Part shown: positions 19,699 through 28,896 of the stretch, piece after piece
How positions within the stretch are numbered: the stretch's first letter is position 1
Layout of the letters: every line of letters starts with the position of its first letter
Source of the DNA: Oligoflexia bacterium
Lineage (GTDB): Bacteria; Bdellovibrionota; Bdellovibrionia; JABDDW01
Length of the DNA stretch: 31,599 nucleotides
Assembly: GCA_043732305.1 (NCBI GenBank)
Contig: JAYTHU010000115.1
Coordinates: forward strand, 1 to 31,599
Reading direction: 5' to 3'
Program-made: the position numbers and the translations under genes
Notes under the pieces: generated by a model
Told to the model about the DNA's origin: nothing
Databases searched by the model: none
What the model saw: the letters and a program-made list of their open reading frames with translations, nothing else

Positions 19699-21057
19699 TT
19701 ATGGTCTACGTTTTTGAGCAAAAATTATTAGCTTCGATGTCAAAACGCCATTGGCGCGAAGACCCGAAGCCTTAAGTAAAACATCCGCAGTTTTCATCGG
19801 TGTGAGGATTCGAATTTCTTTCAGGTAGGGACTGTAAATTAAAAATGAAATCAATCTAACGACTGCGGTGGCAACAAACAAAGTTCGAAACGCAAAGTCA
19901 CTATCCTTGGAAAACGCCACGTAAATTGCGCCAATCACGCCCCCAGAAAATCCGGTTGCGGTGTTGAGAATATTGTAATAGCTCATCACCATCGTTCGTT
20001 CTTCAGGCACTGTGGCGTCCAGCAAAAATGTGAAAGTTGCTAATTCGTACCCTGCCCAGGCGATGCCCGTAAAACATTGCGTCACGAAAAGTATTTTTAA
20101 ATTCGATGAAAATGCCCACGGCCAAGTGGTGAGACCGATCATAAAGCTTGTCGCTACGACAATTCTTTTTGCGCCAAGTTTGTCAATGACTTCGCCCCAA
20201 AACCCTGACGCTAGAGATTTGAAAAGTAAAACCGAACTGATCATCACCGTATAAGCCCAATAATTTAATTTCAAATGAGAAAGCAAGTGGGGAGTGTAAA
20301 AAGCGGCAGCTAAGTAAACTCCAAAATTTACTGTAACCATCGATAAAATCAAATGCCCATAATTTCTAGATGGAAGTTCCCAACAAAATTGAAAAAAGGA
20401 CCGCTTGTTTTTATTCTCTTCATCACGAGAGGGAAGGTCGAGTTTTTTTGTCAACGCTTTGAAGCTTAGAAGTCTAAAACCGAAGCCAAAAAGTAAAATA
20501 ATTGCAAATCCCAATAATTCCACTTTAAATTTTTTACAGTAATAGAGAATAGCTCCGCCGGCGATCATGCTCAGAAAAGTTCCGACCATCACGATCCTGT
20601 TTCGTTTGCCAAAATACTTTCCGCGGGAATTCGTCGCCACGAGATCACCCATCCAACTATTCCAGACGGGGCTAATGGTATTGTTAAAAGTAAAATAGAG
20701 AGTGACAAAAAAGATGTAAAATTCAATGCGGAGAAACTGAAATTGATGGGTCAGAAAAATCGGCACCAAAGAAATGGCTTGAAGGAAGACTCCGCCGGCG
20801 ACCAACCTTTTCCGGGATGGAAATAACCGCGAAAGTCTCGAGGTAAAAAACTGGGTCTGTCCTGCCAAAAACAATGGAAGGCAAGCCAGCACCCCCATCT
20901 GAAAGTAACTGGCTCCCAAAAATATCGCAAACGCGGGGAAATAAGTTTCTGCAAATCCCACCATCAGGCTATAGAAAAAACCATCCCATATGGAGTAGGC
21001 TAAGCTTTTGACTTTCTCTAATCGGATACTCGGAGCTTTATTTTGATGAACAGCCAA
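19699..21057 (-). CDS. MFS transporter
   Basis: About 12 TMs, WNSWMGDLV..RGKYFG, WGEVIDKLGAKR; TTG start with GAGAGGGA SD. Confidence 0.88.
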   Translation of the reverse strand: MAVHQNKAPSIRLEKVKSLAYSIWDGFFYSLMVGFAETYFPAFAIFLGASYFQMGVLACLPLFLAGQTQFFTSRLSRLFPSRKRLVAGGVFLQAISLVPIFLTHQFQFLRIEFYIFFVTLYFTFNNTISPVWNSWMGDLVATNSRGKYFGKRNRIVMVGTFLSMIAGGAILYYCKKFKVELLGFAIILLFGFGFRLLSFKALTKKLDLPSRDEENKNKRSFFQFCWELPSRNYGHLILSMVTVNFGVYLAAAFYTPHLLSHLKLNYWAYTVMISSVLLFKSLASGFWGEVIDKLGAKRIVVATSFMIGLTTWPWAFSSNLKILFVTQCFTGIAWAGYELATFTFLLDATVPEERTMVMSYYNILNTATGFSGGVIGAIYVAFSKDSDFAFRTLFVATAVVRLISFLIYSPYLKEIRILTPMKTADVLLKASGLRANGVLTSKLIIFAQKRRP

Positions 21058-22125
21058 GATTCAGTCCCTCTCTACAGCGGAAAACCTATCGCCTTTTCAC
21101 CTCGACCGGTGAAAATGAAACGGTCCACTTACGACTTTATTGAATCATCTTTGGCTGGGATTCTCAAACAACTTGAAGATTTCACGACTCAAATTTTGGG
21201 ATCAAATCTCGGACCCAGCTTCAAGCGGGACAAGGATTTGCTCACGAGCCTCGGAGTGCCAACCAATCTTGATGGCACCCCCACGCCATTGGGCTTGCAT
21301 ATTCCATTTGCTCGATTTGATTTTAGCCTCGGTGACGATGGGAAAATTCAGATCATGGAGCTCAACACGGATGGAACAAGTTCGTGGAATGTGGTCGAGT
21401 GGGTGGCAGAACAATCTAAAATTCCCAATGACGCTAATCCAAATTTCAATTTGAGTTTACGTTTGCTTGCGGGCTTGCGGGCTCACAAACCAGAGGCGCT
21501 GAAAGTATTTCTGATGGATTTTCCTACTGTTCTGACCAAGTGGGAGCAGGATGATCTCATGCGAAGGTGGTCCAGGGTTTTGCCGGCACAAAGATGTGAA
21601 CCAAATCAAAGAAGCTGGGATCAGGGCGGACTGATTTATCGGCGGACGGTGAGTTGGAATTTGCGAGAGAATTCAAAGGCCGCGGAGCCATTTCTAAAAG
21701 ATTGGTTGGAGAAAAAAATCACGGTTGTTGGTGGTTGGTCGAGTGACATTGGCATGAGCAAAGCCTGGCCTGCGATTTTAAAAAATCCTCTGACAATTGA
21801 AACAGTTTTGGTTGATGATCAAAATCGACGCCTTTTGAAAGAGCAAAAAGATCTGTGGGTTTTAAAAAGGCATTTCAGTCACTCAGGCCAAGGTGTCACA
21901 TGTGGCATAGACGTGAGTGAGGCCGAATGGGCCATGAAAATTCGCGAAAACGGCAAATTCATCGCTCAAAAATTTATTGTCCTCCCAGAGTTTGAGGGCG
22001 AACGCTTGGAGTGGGGCATGTACTTCATCAACGGCAAAGCTTCCGGACTCCTGGCCCGCTCTGGCCACAAAGGCGCCATCACCGACGACTCCGAAGATCT
22101 CGTCCGCCCCGTCCTCCTCTATTAG
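21043..22125 (+). CDS. ATP-grasp ligase, glutathionylspermidine-synthase-like or circularly permuted type
   Basis: ARFDF, IMELNTDG, VLKRHFSHSGQGV, IAQKFI motifs; no amidase domain; start 21043 (TTG) or 21046 (ATG). Confidence 0.7.
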   Translation: MMNSQDSVPLYSGKPIAFSPRPVKMKRSTYDFIESSLAGILKQLEDFTTQILGSNLGPSFKRDKDLLTSLGVPTNLDGTPTPLGLHIPFARFDFSLGDDGKIQIMELNTDGTSSWNVVEWVAEQSKIPNDANPNFNLSLRLLAGLRAHKPEALKVFLMDFPTVLTKWEQDDLMRRWSRVLPAQRCEPNQRSWDQGGLIYRRTVSWNLRENSKAAEPFLKDWLEKKITVVGGWSSDIGMSKAWPAILKNPLTIETVLVDDQNRRLLKEQKDLWVLKRHFSHSGQGVTCGIDVSEAEWAMKIRENGKFIAQKFIVLPEFEGERLEWGMYFINGKASGLLARSGHKGAITDDSEDLVRPVLLY

Positions 22126-22161
22126 GTACCAGCTTCCTTTTTGTCCAACCTTGCGTCATTT
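22125..22161. repeat. 37-bp dispersed repeat, copy 3 (inverted), overlapping the ATP-grasp gene TAG
   Basis: GGTACCAGCTTCCTTTTTGTCCAACCTTGCGTCATTT; reverse complement 33/37 identical to copy 4. Confidence 0.93.
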
Positions 22162-22303
22162 ATAGTAATTTATTTAATGGACGCAAACTGATTGCAAGAC
22201 ACCTGATTTCAAAATGACCGAGTCGTGCAGGCTCGACGGGAAAATTTAAATTTTGCTCTAAATGTCGAGCGCATTGCAGGTGCTATAGTAGACCCTTGGT
22301 TAA

Positions 22304-22340
22304 AAATGACGCAGATCTGGACAAAAAGGAAGCTGGTACC
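22304..22340. repeat. 37-bp dispersed repeat, copy 4, abutting the glutaredoxin TAG
   Basis: AAATGACGCAGATCTGGACAAAAAGGAAGCTGGTACC. Confidence 0.93.
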
Positions 22341-22580
22341 CTAGAGGGCGTGGTCGCGTAGCCATTCGACGATGTCGTCGCTTTCGAGTTTGGGTTTGCC
22401 GTCGATCACCAGGCAAGGGACTTGATCGTCATCATTCATTTTCATAAGGCGGGCGTGTGCGCCCTTGTCTTTGCGAATGTCATGAAAGGTGATTTTGGAT
22501 TTGAGGTTTTTTAGATCGATGAAATCTCTGACTTTATGACAAAAAGGGCAGGCTTCGAAATGATACAGTTCTAGTTTCAT
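22341..22580 (-). CDS. Glutaredoxin-like protein
   Basis: CPFC active site, QVPCL, ESDDI; AAGGAG SD. Confidence 0.9.
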   Translation of the reverse strand: MKLELYHFEACPFCHKVRDFIDLKNLKSKITFHDIRKDKGAHARLMKMNDDDQVPCLVIDGKPKLESDDIVEWLRDHAL

Positions 22581-22606
22581 AAACGCTCCTTAGTTAAAGA
22601 AGATTA

Positions 22607-23266
22607 TTAAGGTATTTTTTTAAAGGTGTCAAAATCTTTGGCATTCAATGCGGGATTGGTTTTAATCTGATCAGCAATTGTTGCAAAAGGCCTCGGTCCG
22701 TAGTCATGACCGGGATAAACAATCGTGCCGCCTGGGAGGCGTTTGAGTTTTTGCAAAGAAAAATAAAGTTCTTCGTCACTCCCACCTATCAGGTCTGTTC
22801 GGCCGCATTGATCAATGAAAAGCGTGTCACCCGTAAACACAAATTTATCGTAGAGATAACAAGAGCCACCCTCGGTGTGCCCTGGCGTGTGCATCACGCG
22901 AACTGGTTCTTTCCCCACATGAATAATCTGACCATCGGTCACCGGCATTTGTACATTGAGCCCGTAAGCACGCAGGCGATAGACATCATCCTGATGGCAG
23001 ACAACTTGAGCGGTTGGAAAAAGCCTAAGCATGTCAGGAAATCCACCTGCGTGATCCGAGTGGCCGTGAGTGGCGATCAGATATTGTAGATTCAGATTCT
23101 CAACACCGTTTTCCAGGGCAATCTTTTCGCACCATTCAGCGACGCGGTCTGCTTCGAACGCAGCATCGATAAGTGCTGCATCCAAAGTGCGAGGACACAA
23201 GAGCAGGTAGCAAAAATTTTTCTCAGGACCAATTCTTAGACTCTTGATCACAAGTTCATTTTTCAT
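22607..23266 (-). CDS. MBL-fold hydrolase (glyoxalase II-like)
   Basis: THGHSDH, HTPGHT, FTGDTLF, GRTD, YPGHDY. Confidence 0.9.
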   Translation of the reverse strand: MKNELVIKSLRIGPEKNFCYLLLCPRTLDAALIDAAFEADRVAEWCEKIALENGVENLNLQYLIATHGHSDHAGGFPDMLRLFPTAQVVCHQDDVYRLRAYGLNVQMPVTDGQIIHVGKEPVRVMHTPGHTEGGSCYLYDKFVFTGDTLFIDQCGRTDLIGGSDEELYFSLQKLKRLPGGTIVYPGHDYGPRPFATIADQIKTNPALNAKDFDTFKKIP

Positions 23267-23304
23267 CTTGCTTCATCATAATCATTTTGTGTACGTTTCG
23301 TCTT

Positions 23305-24030
23305 GTGAAAACCGCTCAAATTCTCATTATTGGTGACGAAATTCTCACTGGTCGAACTCAGGACACGAACTCTCGTTTCTTGGCTAAGGGCCTTTTTGTG
23401 CGTGGGATTCGCGTGCAAAAGATCGATGTGCTTCCAGACAATCTCACTCTCATCTCTCAATGGGTAAATAAAAACCATGCACTCACGGACTACACTTTTA
23501 TTTGTGGTGGGATCGGTGGAACGCCGGATGACATCACTCGCGAAGCAGTGGCGCAAGGTCTTGGCGTGAAAATCGAACGTAATAAAATAGCCGAAAAAAT
23601 TCTCACGGATTATTATGGTGATAAAATTAATCCCCACCGCATGCTCATGGCAGATCTACCCGTCGGTTGTGAATTGATCGAAAATACCGTGACAAAAGCG
23701 CCGGGTTTCAAAATCAAAAACATCTATGTATTCGCGGGCATCCCGGAAATTATGAAGGCCATGTTTGAAACGATTCGTGAGTCTCTGGCTCAATCTCAAC
23801 TCTTCGAAGAGGCTCTGGATCTAAAAGTAGGCGAGGGTGAAATCGCTCAGTTTATGAAAGTTTTGAACAAAGAATTTCCGCTTCTCGAGCTTGGATCTTA
23901 CCCGCGTATTCTCAAAGCCGGAGACACTGGCTATCGAACTCAGTTAGTTTTCCGCGCGATCGATCAACAGATCGTGATCGATTCGCTCGCTAGATTCAAA
24001 GTGCTTTGCGCCGGAAAAGAATATTTCTAA
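23305..24030 (+). CDS. CinA N-terminal-like molybdopterin-binding-domain protein
   Basis: IIGDEILTGRTQDTN, GGIGGTPDDIT, AGIP, LGSYP; no PncC domain; GTG 23305 preferred over TTG 23287. Confidence 0.87.
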   Translation: MKTAQILIIGDEILTGRTQDTNSRFLAKGLFVRGIRVQKIDVLPDNLTLISQWVNKNHALTDYTFICGGIGGTPDDITREAVAQGLGVKIERNKIAEKILTDYYGDKINPHRMLMADLPVGCELIENTVTKAPGFKIKNIYVFAGIPEIMKAMFETIRESLAQSQLFEEALDLKVGEGEIAQFMKVLNKEFPLLELGSYPRILKAGDTGYRTQLVFRAIDQQIVIDSLARFKVLCAGKEYF

Positions 24031-24971
24031 GAAATATTTTCTAATGCGCGCCTCGCGTTTGCCATGAGGTGTTCAGGGCCTGCTCGCTCTAGTGCAGTGC
24101 CTTTAATAAATTCAGAAACTTTAATTGTTGGCCAACTGATGAAATCACGAAGATCTAAAGTGCGAACTGTGTTTGCGGTATTCTCAAAGGGGGGCCGATC
24201 ATTTTGCCTTCTAGCTTTTTTATTCCAAGGGCAGACGTCCTGGCAAATGTCGCAACCAAACACGTGCGAACCAAACTTTTTTCCTAAGTCGAGTGGCGGC
24301 GCCGCCTCATCTTCAATCGTCCAATAACTGATGCATTTTCTGGCATCTAAATGCCGGGGTGAAACCAACGCTCCGGTTGGGCAGGCCACCAAGCATCGGT
24401 CGCATGTGCCGCAATGGTCGGTCGCCGGGGTATCGGCATCGAGATCTAGAGTAGTCAAAATCTCTGAGAGAAAGAGAAAACTGCCTTTTTCTTTATTGAT
24501 AAGGCATGTGTTTTTGCCTATCCACCCAAGGCCAGCATGAGTAGCCACGTCCCGTTCTAGTACCGCTTTAAAATCCACGCAGTCTAAAAATTTCTCGTTA
24601 GGATAAATTTTCTGAAGCTCCTGAATAACCAAATTTAATTTGGTAGTGAGAAGATCATGATAGTCTCCCCCTCTAGCGTAGCGGGAAATCCAACCAAGTT
24701 TTTCATCGTGCAATTGATCCTGAATGTCGATCGATAGGGGTTCGTCAGTATCGTAAACGAATGCCACCGCAATCCAAGACTTTGCTCCAGGCAAAAGCAT
24801 TTGCGGATTCTTTTTCCTCTCAATATGACGCTTGAGATATTCCATCCGCCCGTGCTCGCCACCGGCAATCCAGTTTTCATAGTACGATATCGTGGCGGGG
24901 ACCCCCACGGAAGTCACGCCAATGAGATCAAAATGGTTTTGAGCTATCTTTTTGACCGTTTCATTATTCAT
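24027..24971 (-). CDS. queG: Epoxyqueuosine reductase
   Basis: ISRYARGGDYH, GLGWIGKN, CGTCDRCLVACPT, CISYWTIE, FGCDICQDVCPWN. Confidence 0.95.
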   Translation of the reverse strand: MNNETVKKIAQNHFDLIGVTSVGVPATISYYENWIAGGEHGRMEYLKRHIERKKNPQMLLPGAKSWIAVAFVYDTDEPLSIDIQDQLHDEKLGWISRYARGGDYHDLLTTKLNLVIQELQKIYPNEKFLDCVDFKAVLERDVATHAGLGWIGKNTCLINKEKGSFLFLSEILTTLDLDADTPATDHCGTCDRCLVACPTGALVSPRHLDARKCISYWTIEDEAAPPLDLGKKFGSHVFGCDICQDVCPWNKKARRQNDRPPFENTANTVRTLDLRDFISWPTIKVSEFIKGTALERAGPEHLMANARRALENIS

Positions 24972-25015
24972 GTTTTCATATTGGCTTTTTCCATGAAAAA
25001 GTTCAAATTGTTACA

Positions 25016-26254
25016 ATGAAACAAAAAATAATACATGCTTTTCAGAAGTCGCCCCAATGGGAGGACGTAAAAATCGTCTGCCAGACGCTCGAATCCCACG
25101 GATTCCTGGGCTGGATCGCTGGTGGAGCAGTAAGGGACGGACTTTTGGGTTTGATTCCCAATGATTTTGATGTGGCCAGCAATGCCACCCCTGATGACAT
25201 TGAAAAGCTGTTTTCCAAGACCGTTTCAGTAGGCAAACAATTCGGGGTGGTCAGAGTGGTCACGTCTAGAGGTGACATCGAGATCGCAGCTTTTAGAAAA
25301 GACGGACTTTATATTGATGGAAGAAGGCCTGATCATGTTGAGTATTCAACGCCCGAGCTCGATGCCGAAAGGCGAGACTTCACCATCAACGCACTTTTTT
25401 ACGATGTTAAAAACGGGAAAATTTGTGACTACGTCAATGGTCAAAAAGATCTTGGAAAAAAGACAATCAAAACTGTTGGCGATGCCTACCAAAGATTTTC
25501 GGAGGATAAACTTCGCATTTTAAGAGCCGTGAGATTTGTTTCTCAACTAGGCTTTCGCATGGAAGGCAAAACACTCAAAGCTGTGAAAGAAATGGCCCCG
25601 GAAATCTTAAAGGTGAGTGGCGAAAGATTTTATGAAGAGATGACAAAACTTCTCAAAGGAAAAAATGTCGAACTTGCGATGGGAATATTGAAATCCACTG
25701 GTCTGGCTAAAGTGATTTCTCCTAGACTAGATATTAAAACAGTGAATTTCAAAAAAGCTAAACTTGATAAGTCTTGGAAAGTTTTAAAAACATCGAGAAA
25801 AGTTTCTGCAACAGTTTTTAATTGGGGCTTATTCTTGTCACAAATTAGAGATGCCAATGCCCGCTCAAAAGTGATTTCAAACCTTAAAACATCTCAAGTG
25901 ACTAAAAATTCCATTAAATCAGTTTTCGACATTGCTGATGCTCTCGGAAAATTCATGAAGCTTTCGATGAGCGAAAAAAGGCATCTTTCCGCTAAAGCCG
26001 AAGCCGTGGCGAGTTTAGAAATAATGAAAATCACCAGGCAAGGTAGTGCTGCGCTTCATAAAACTTTGGCAGTGTTTTTAAAGAAATATCCTGAACTTCC
26101 TGCGCCAATCGTGACCTCAGGAACTCTATTCAGCCTGGGCCTAGAAACGGGGGCTACTTTTGGCAAAGTAATGAAAGACGCTTATGAGGCACAGTTGAAT
26201 GGAAAATTTAATACCGCCAAGCAAGCACTTCTCTGGCTCAAACGAAACATATGA
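25016..26254 (+). CDS. cca: Class II tRNA nucleotidyltransferase (CCA-adding enzyme-like)
   Basis: GGAVRD, DFD, RRDFTINA, EDKLRILRAVRF, SGER motifs. Confidence 0.85.
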   Translation: MKQKIIHAFQKSPQWEDVKIVCQTLESHGFLGWIAGGAVRDGLLGLIPNDFDVASNATPDDIEKLFSKTVSVGKQFGVVRVVTSRGDIEIAAFRKDGLYIDGRRPDHVEYSTPELDAERRDFTINALFYDVKNGKICDYVNGQKDLGKKTIKTVGDAYQRFSEDKLRILRAVRFVSQLGFRMEGKTLKAVKEMAPEILKVSGERFYEEMTKLLKGKNVELAMGILKSTGLAKVISPRLDIKTVNFKKAKLDKSWKVLKTSRKVSATVFNWGLFLSQIRDANARSKVISNLKTSQVTKNSIKSVFDIADALGKFMKLSMSEKRHLSAKAEAVASLEIMKITRQGSAALHKTLAVFLKKYPELPAPIVTSGTLFSLGLETGATFGKVMKDAYEAQLNGKFNTAKQALLWLKRNI

Positions 26255-28896
26255 AAAAGCTTTGGTTCACTTTTAATATTTCTGCCCTGTTTTACGGACT
26301 AGTGAGTGGCCTGCTTCTTGTTGCAGGGTGCGGACCTCAGAATTCTTCTACAAATGTTAAAGTCGTCGCTCCAGAAATCTCCCAGTTTCAAAAGCAGATT
26401 GAGAATTTGCGACCAGATGAAAAAACTGTGTTGTCGGAAAAAACCGACCTCGATGAAACGGCGTTCATCCCTTTGCATTACGACGTCAGTCTTGACCTTT
26501 CTCATGCAGACACTGAAGATTTTCATGGCACCGTAAAGATTAAAATCAAGAATCAGGACCTTACTCATCAGAAACCATTGCGACTTCATATTCAGAAAGA
26601 TCTCCAAATAATTGAAATCACTGTGAATGGACTTCCCGTAAGTTATGAGCGTGGTTTTGCAAGTTTGCAAATTGCCGCTGCTAAAATTTATACGGGGCAG
26701 TTTACTTTAATTATAAAATATCGAGGATCTCATCCCCGCGATGGCCTGCATTTTATTAAAATTGGCGGGCAAGTTGTACAGGCTTGGACGCACGGAGAGC
26801 CCACTTCCGCAAGGTTTTGGCTGCCTAGTTTCGATCAGCCCAAATTTAAAGCCACGGCTAATTTTCATATCACCGTTGTTAAAAACTGGAATGCGCTTTC
26901 CAACGGAAGTCTTAAGAGTGATTTGATTCATAGAAATCGCGAGAACAACAATGAAGAACTGAGGACAATAAATTGGCAAGAGCGGGCGCCGCTTCCCACG
27001 TATCTTTATTCAGTTTTGACGGGCGAATTAAAAGTCCAAGAAATGAAATCTATAACTCCTCTTTCAGTTTGGTACCCATCTCAAATAAATTCTGCAGAAT
27101 TTATGACAAACAATATTAAATCTGGGTTTAAGTGCCTGCCTCAGATGCTTGAGTTTTATTCAAATCTTTTTGGCCCATATAATTTTGAAAAACTGGCCGT
27201 GGGCATCGCCTATGACTTTGCTGGCGGTATGGAAAATGCTTCAGCCATCACCTATTCAAGTATGAATTTCTCTGGAAATTCATCTGGAAGCTTTTCCGGG
27301 AGAGACGGTTTTGATGCTGCCATTTTGGCCCACGAAGTTGTTCATCAGTGGTTTGGAGACACGGTTAGCCCAAAAGATTGGAAAGATTTATGGTTGAACG
27401 AAGGTTTTGCCGATTACTTTGATGCGGCATTTTGGGAAACAGCGCAAGGCCGGGAAAAATTTCACGAACGGATGGATGAGTATAAAGTCCGATATCTTGC
27501 TAATGATTACGCAGTCGGAGCAAGTGGAATTCAAAATGGAATTTTAGGACCTATTATTAATCCTAAAACTCTACCCAGCCAGATGTTTGGAAAGTCCGCG
27601 ACTCTCGCCTATGAAAAAGGTGCACTCGTTTTACAGAACCTAAAATTCTTTCTTGGAGAACAACGCTTTAATCAAGGACTTCGCTATTATCTTCAGAAAT
27701 TTAAATTTCGATCCGTAAACTCGCAGGATTTAAAAACCGCTCTTGAAGAAAGCACCCACGAGAATCTAGATGTTTTTTGGAACCAGTGGATCCATCGCGC
27801 AGGACTTCCCGAGTTTAACTATACATGGAGTACAGAAGCAAATCACTCTGGTTTCGACGATTTCGGAAACGGAATTCTCAATATAACTGTGACCCAGACT
27901 CAACCCGTGGCCAACGGATTCTATGAATCGCCAATTACAATCCAAATTGTATATCCTTCGCGTACAGAGTTTAAGCAAGTGGATTTGAAAGCCCGGAAAG
28001 ATAATATTTTTAAGTTTGATATCAATGAGTTGCCTTTGACTGTTCTCTTGGATCCTGATCATTTAGTATTGTCAAAGGTGAGTGGAGTAAAAGCTAGAAA
28101 TGAATGGCTGTTGATGGCAACCACTAGTAAGAATTTTCTAACTCGCATAGATGGAATTGAAGGTCTTGGAGAAAGTCTAAATCTCGATGTGGTAAAAAGT
28201 ATTTTCACCCACGAGAGCAATGAATATGTGAAATCGAAAGCACTTCTTGCGCTAATTTCCCAAGCTCAGAAAATTCCATCTTTAGAAATAAAAAATATTT
28301 TAATTGAGAGCTTGAATGCCAATGGAGATCACTTGCGAACTGCGGCGGCTCAGTACATTGGCCATATGGAGGCGTCAGTTGCACTGCCATTGTTTGAAGA
28401 TCGCCTTATTGAAATATATGAAAGCGATCCTGCCGTACTAGCTTCTCTCCAGGCTGGAAACTCTCTTGTTGCTATTGAATCGCCAAAAGCGAAGAAAGTT
28501 TTTTTGCAAACACTCTATCAAGAGCCCAGAAGAAATTATCAGTTGCTGGCAGTAGCAGTCATCGGCTCCGGAGTTTTACAAAATAAAGGAGCTATTCCTC
28601 AGCTCGAAAAACTATTCAAAGAAGATTTTAGTCCAGCGCATTTTATGAAAACTATCACCGCCGGAATGCTTGCCATGCTCAAGGATAAAGCGGCAGTCCA
28701 TATGATTGCGGAAGCTATGATTCAGGAAGAGCAGCCCGACTTAAATTTAAGCTACATTCGAAGTTTGAAGTCTTTCAAAGAAAAAGCTGCACTGCCTTAT
28801 TTATATGAAATGGCGACCGATCCTCATCGTCCAATGCAAGTGCAGGAGGCCGCGAAAGCTGCGGCAGGAATTATTTCAAGCGCGAATGTTCCTTGA
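26251..28896 (+). CDS. M1 aminopeptidase lipoprotein with C-terminal HEAT-like repeats
   Basis: Lipobox LVAGC, GGMEN, HEVVHQWFG..WLNEG, YEKG; helical repeat tail. Confidence 0.92.
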   Translation: MKKLWFTFNISALFYGLVSGLLLVAGCGPQNSSTNVKVVAPEISQFQKQIENLRPDEKTVLSEKTDLDETAFIPLHYDVSLDLSHADTEDFHGTVKIKIKNQDLTHQKPLRLHIQKDLQIIEITVNGLPVSYERGFASLQIAAAKIYTGQFTLIIKYRGSHPRDGLHFIKIGGQVVQAWTHGEPTSARFWLPSFDQPKFKATANFHITVVKNWNALSNGSLKSDLIHRNRENNNEELRTINWQERAPLPTYLYSVLTGELKVQEMKSITPLSVWYPSQINSAEFMTNNIKSGFKCLPQMLEFYSNLFGPYNFEKLAVGIAYDFAGGMENASAITYSSMNFSGNSSGSFSGRDGFDAAILAHEVVHQWFGDTVSPKDWKDLWLNEGFADYFDAAFWETAQGREKFHERMDEYKVRYLANDYAVGASGIQNGILGPIINPKTLPSQMFGKSATLAYEKGALVLQNLKFFLGEQRFNQGLRYYLQKFKFRSVNSQDLKTALEESTHENLDVFWNQWIHRAGLPEFNYTWSTEANHSGFDDFGNGILNITVTQTQPVANGFYESPITIQIVYPSRTEFKQVDLKARKDNIFKFDINELPLTVLLDPDHLVLSKVSGVKARNEWLLMATTSKNFLTRIDGIEGLGESLNLDVVKSIFTHESNEYVKSKALLALISQAQKIPSLEIKNILIESLNANGDHLRTAAAQYIGHMEASVALPLFEDRLIEIYESDPAVLASLQAGNSLVAIESPKAKKVFLQTLYQEPRRNYQLLAVAVIGSGVLQNKGAIPQLEKLFKEDFSPAHFMKTITAGMLAMLKDKAAVHMIAEAMIQEEQPDLNLSYIRSLKSFKEKAALPYLYEMATDPHRPMQVQEAAKAAAGIISSANVP

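Larger units (their letters stand above)
22125..22340. mobile_element. Putative 216-bp REPIN/MITE-like element bounded by inverted repeat copies
   Basis: 37-bp terminal inverted repeats (33/37) span the whole interval between two convergent stop codons; no transposase in window. Confidence 0.45.

Noticed and set aside
19092..19721. 209-aa minus-strand ORF and other antisense ORFs such as 2898-3596, 6333-6842 and 30398-30808
   Set aside because: Shadows of better-supported genes with no recognisable motifs
22165..22260. GGACGCAAAC resembling a c-di-GMP-I riboswitch
   Set aside because: The required paired stem around a GNRA loop is absent and the site lies between convergent gene ends
25009..25018. 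Extended -10 TGTTACAAT before cca
   Set aside because: It overlaps the start ATG, so a transcript from it would miss the start codon
27071..27076. Isolated GGTACC in the aminopeptidase gene
   Set aside because: No other repeat positions match; a chance hexamer
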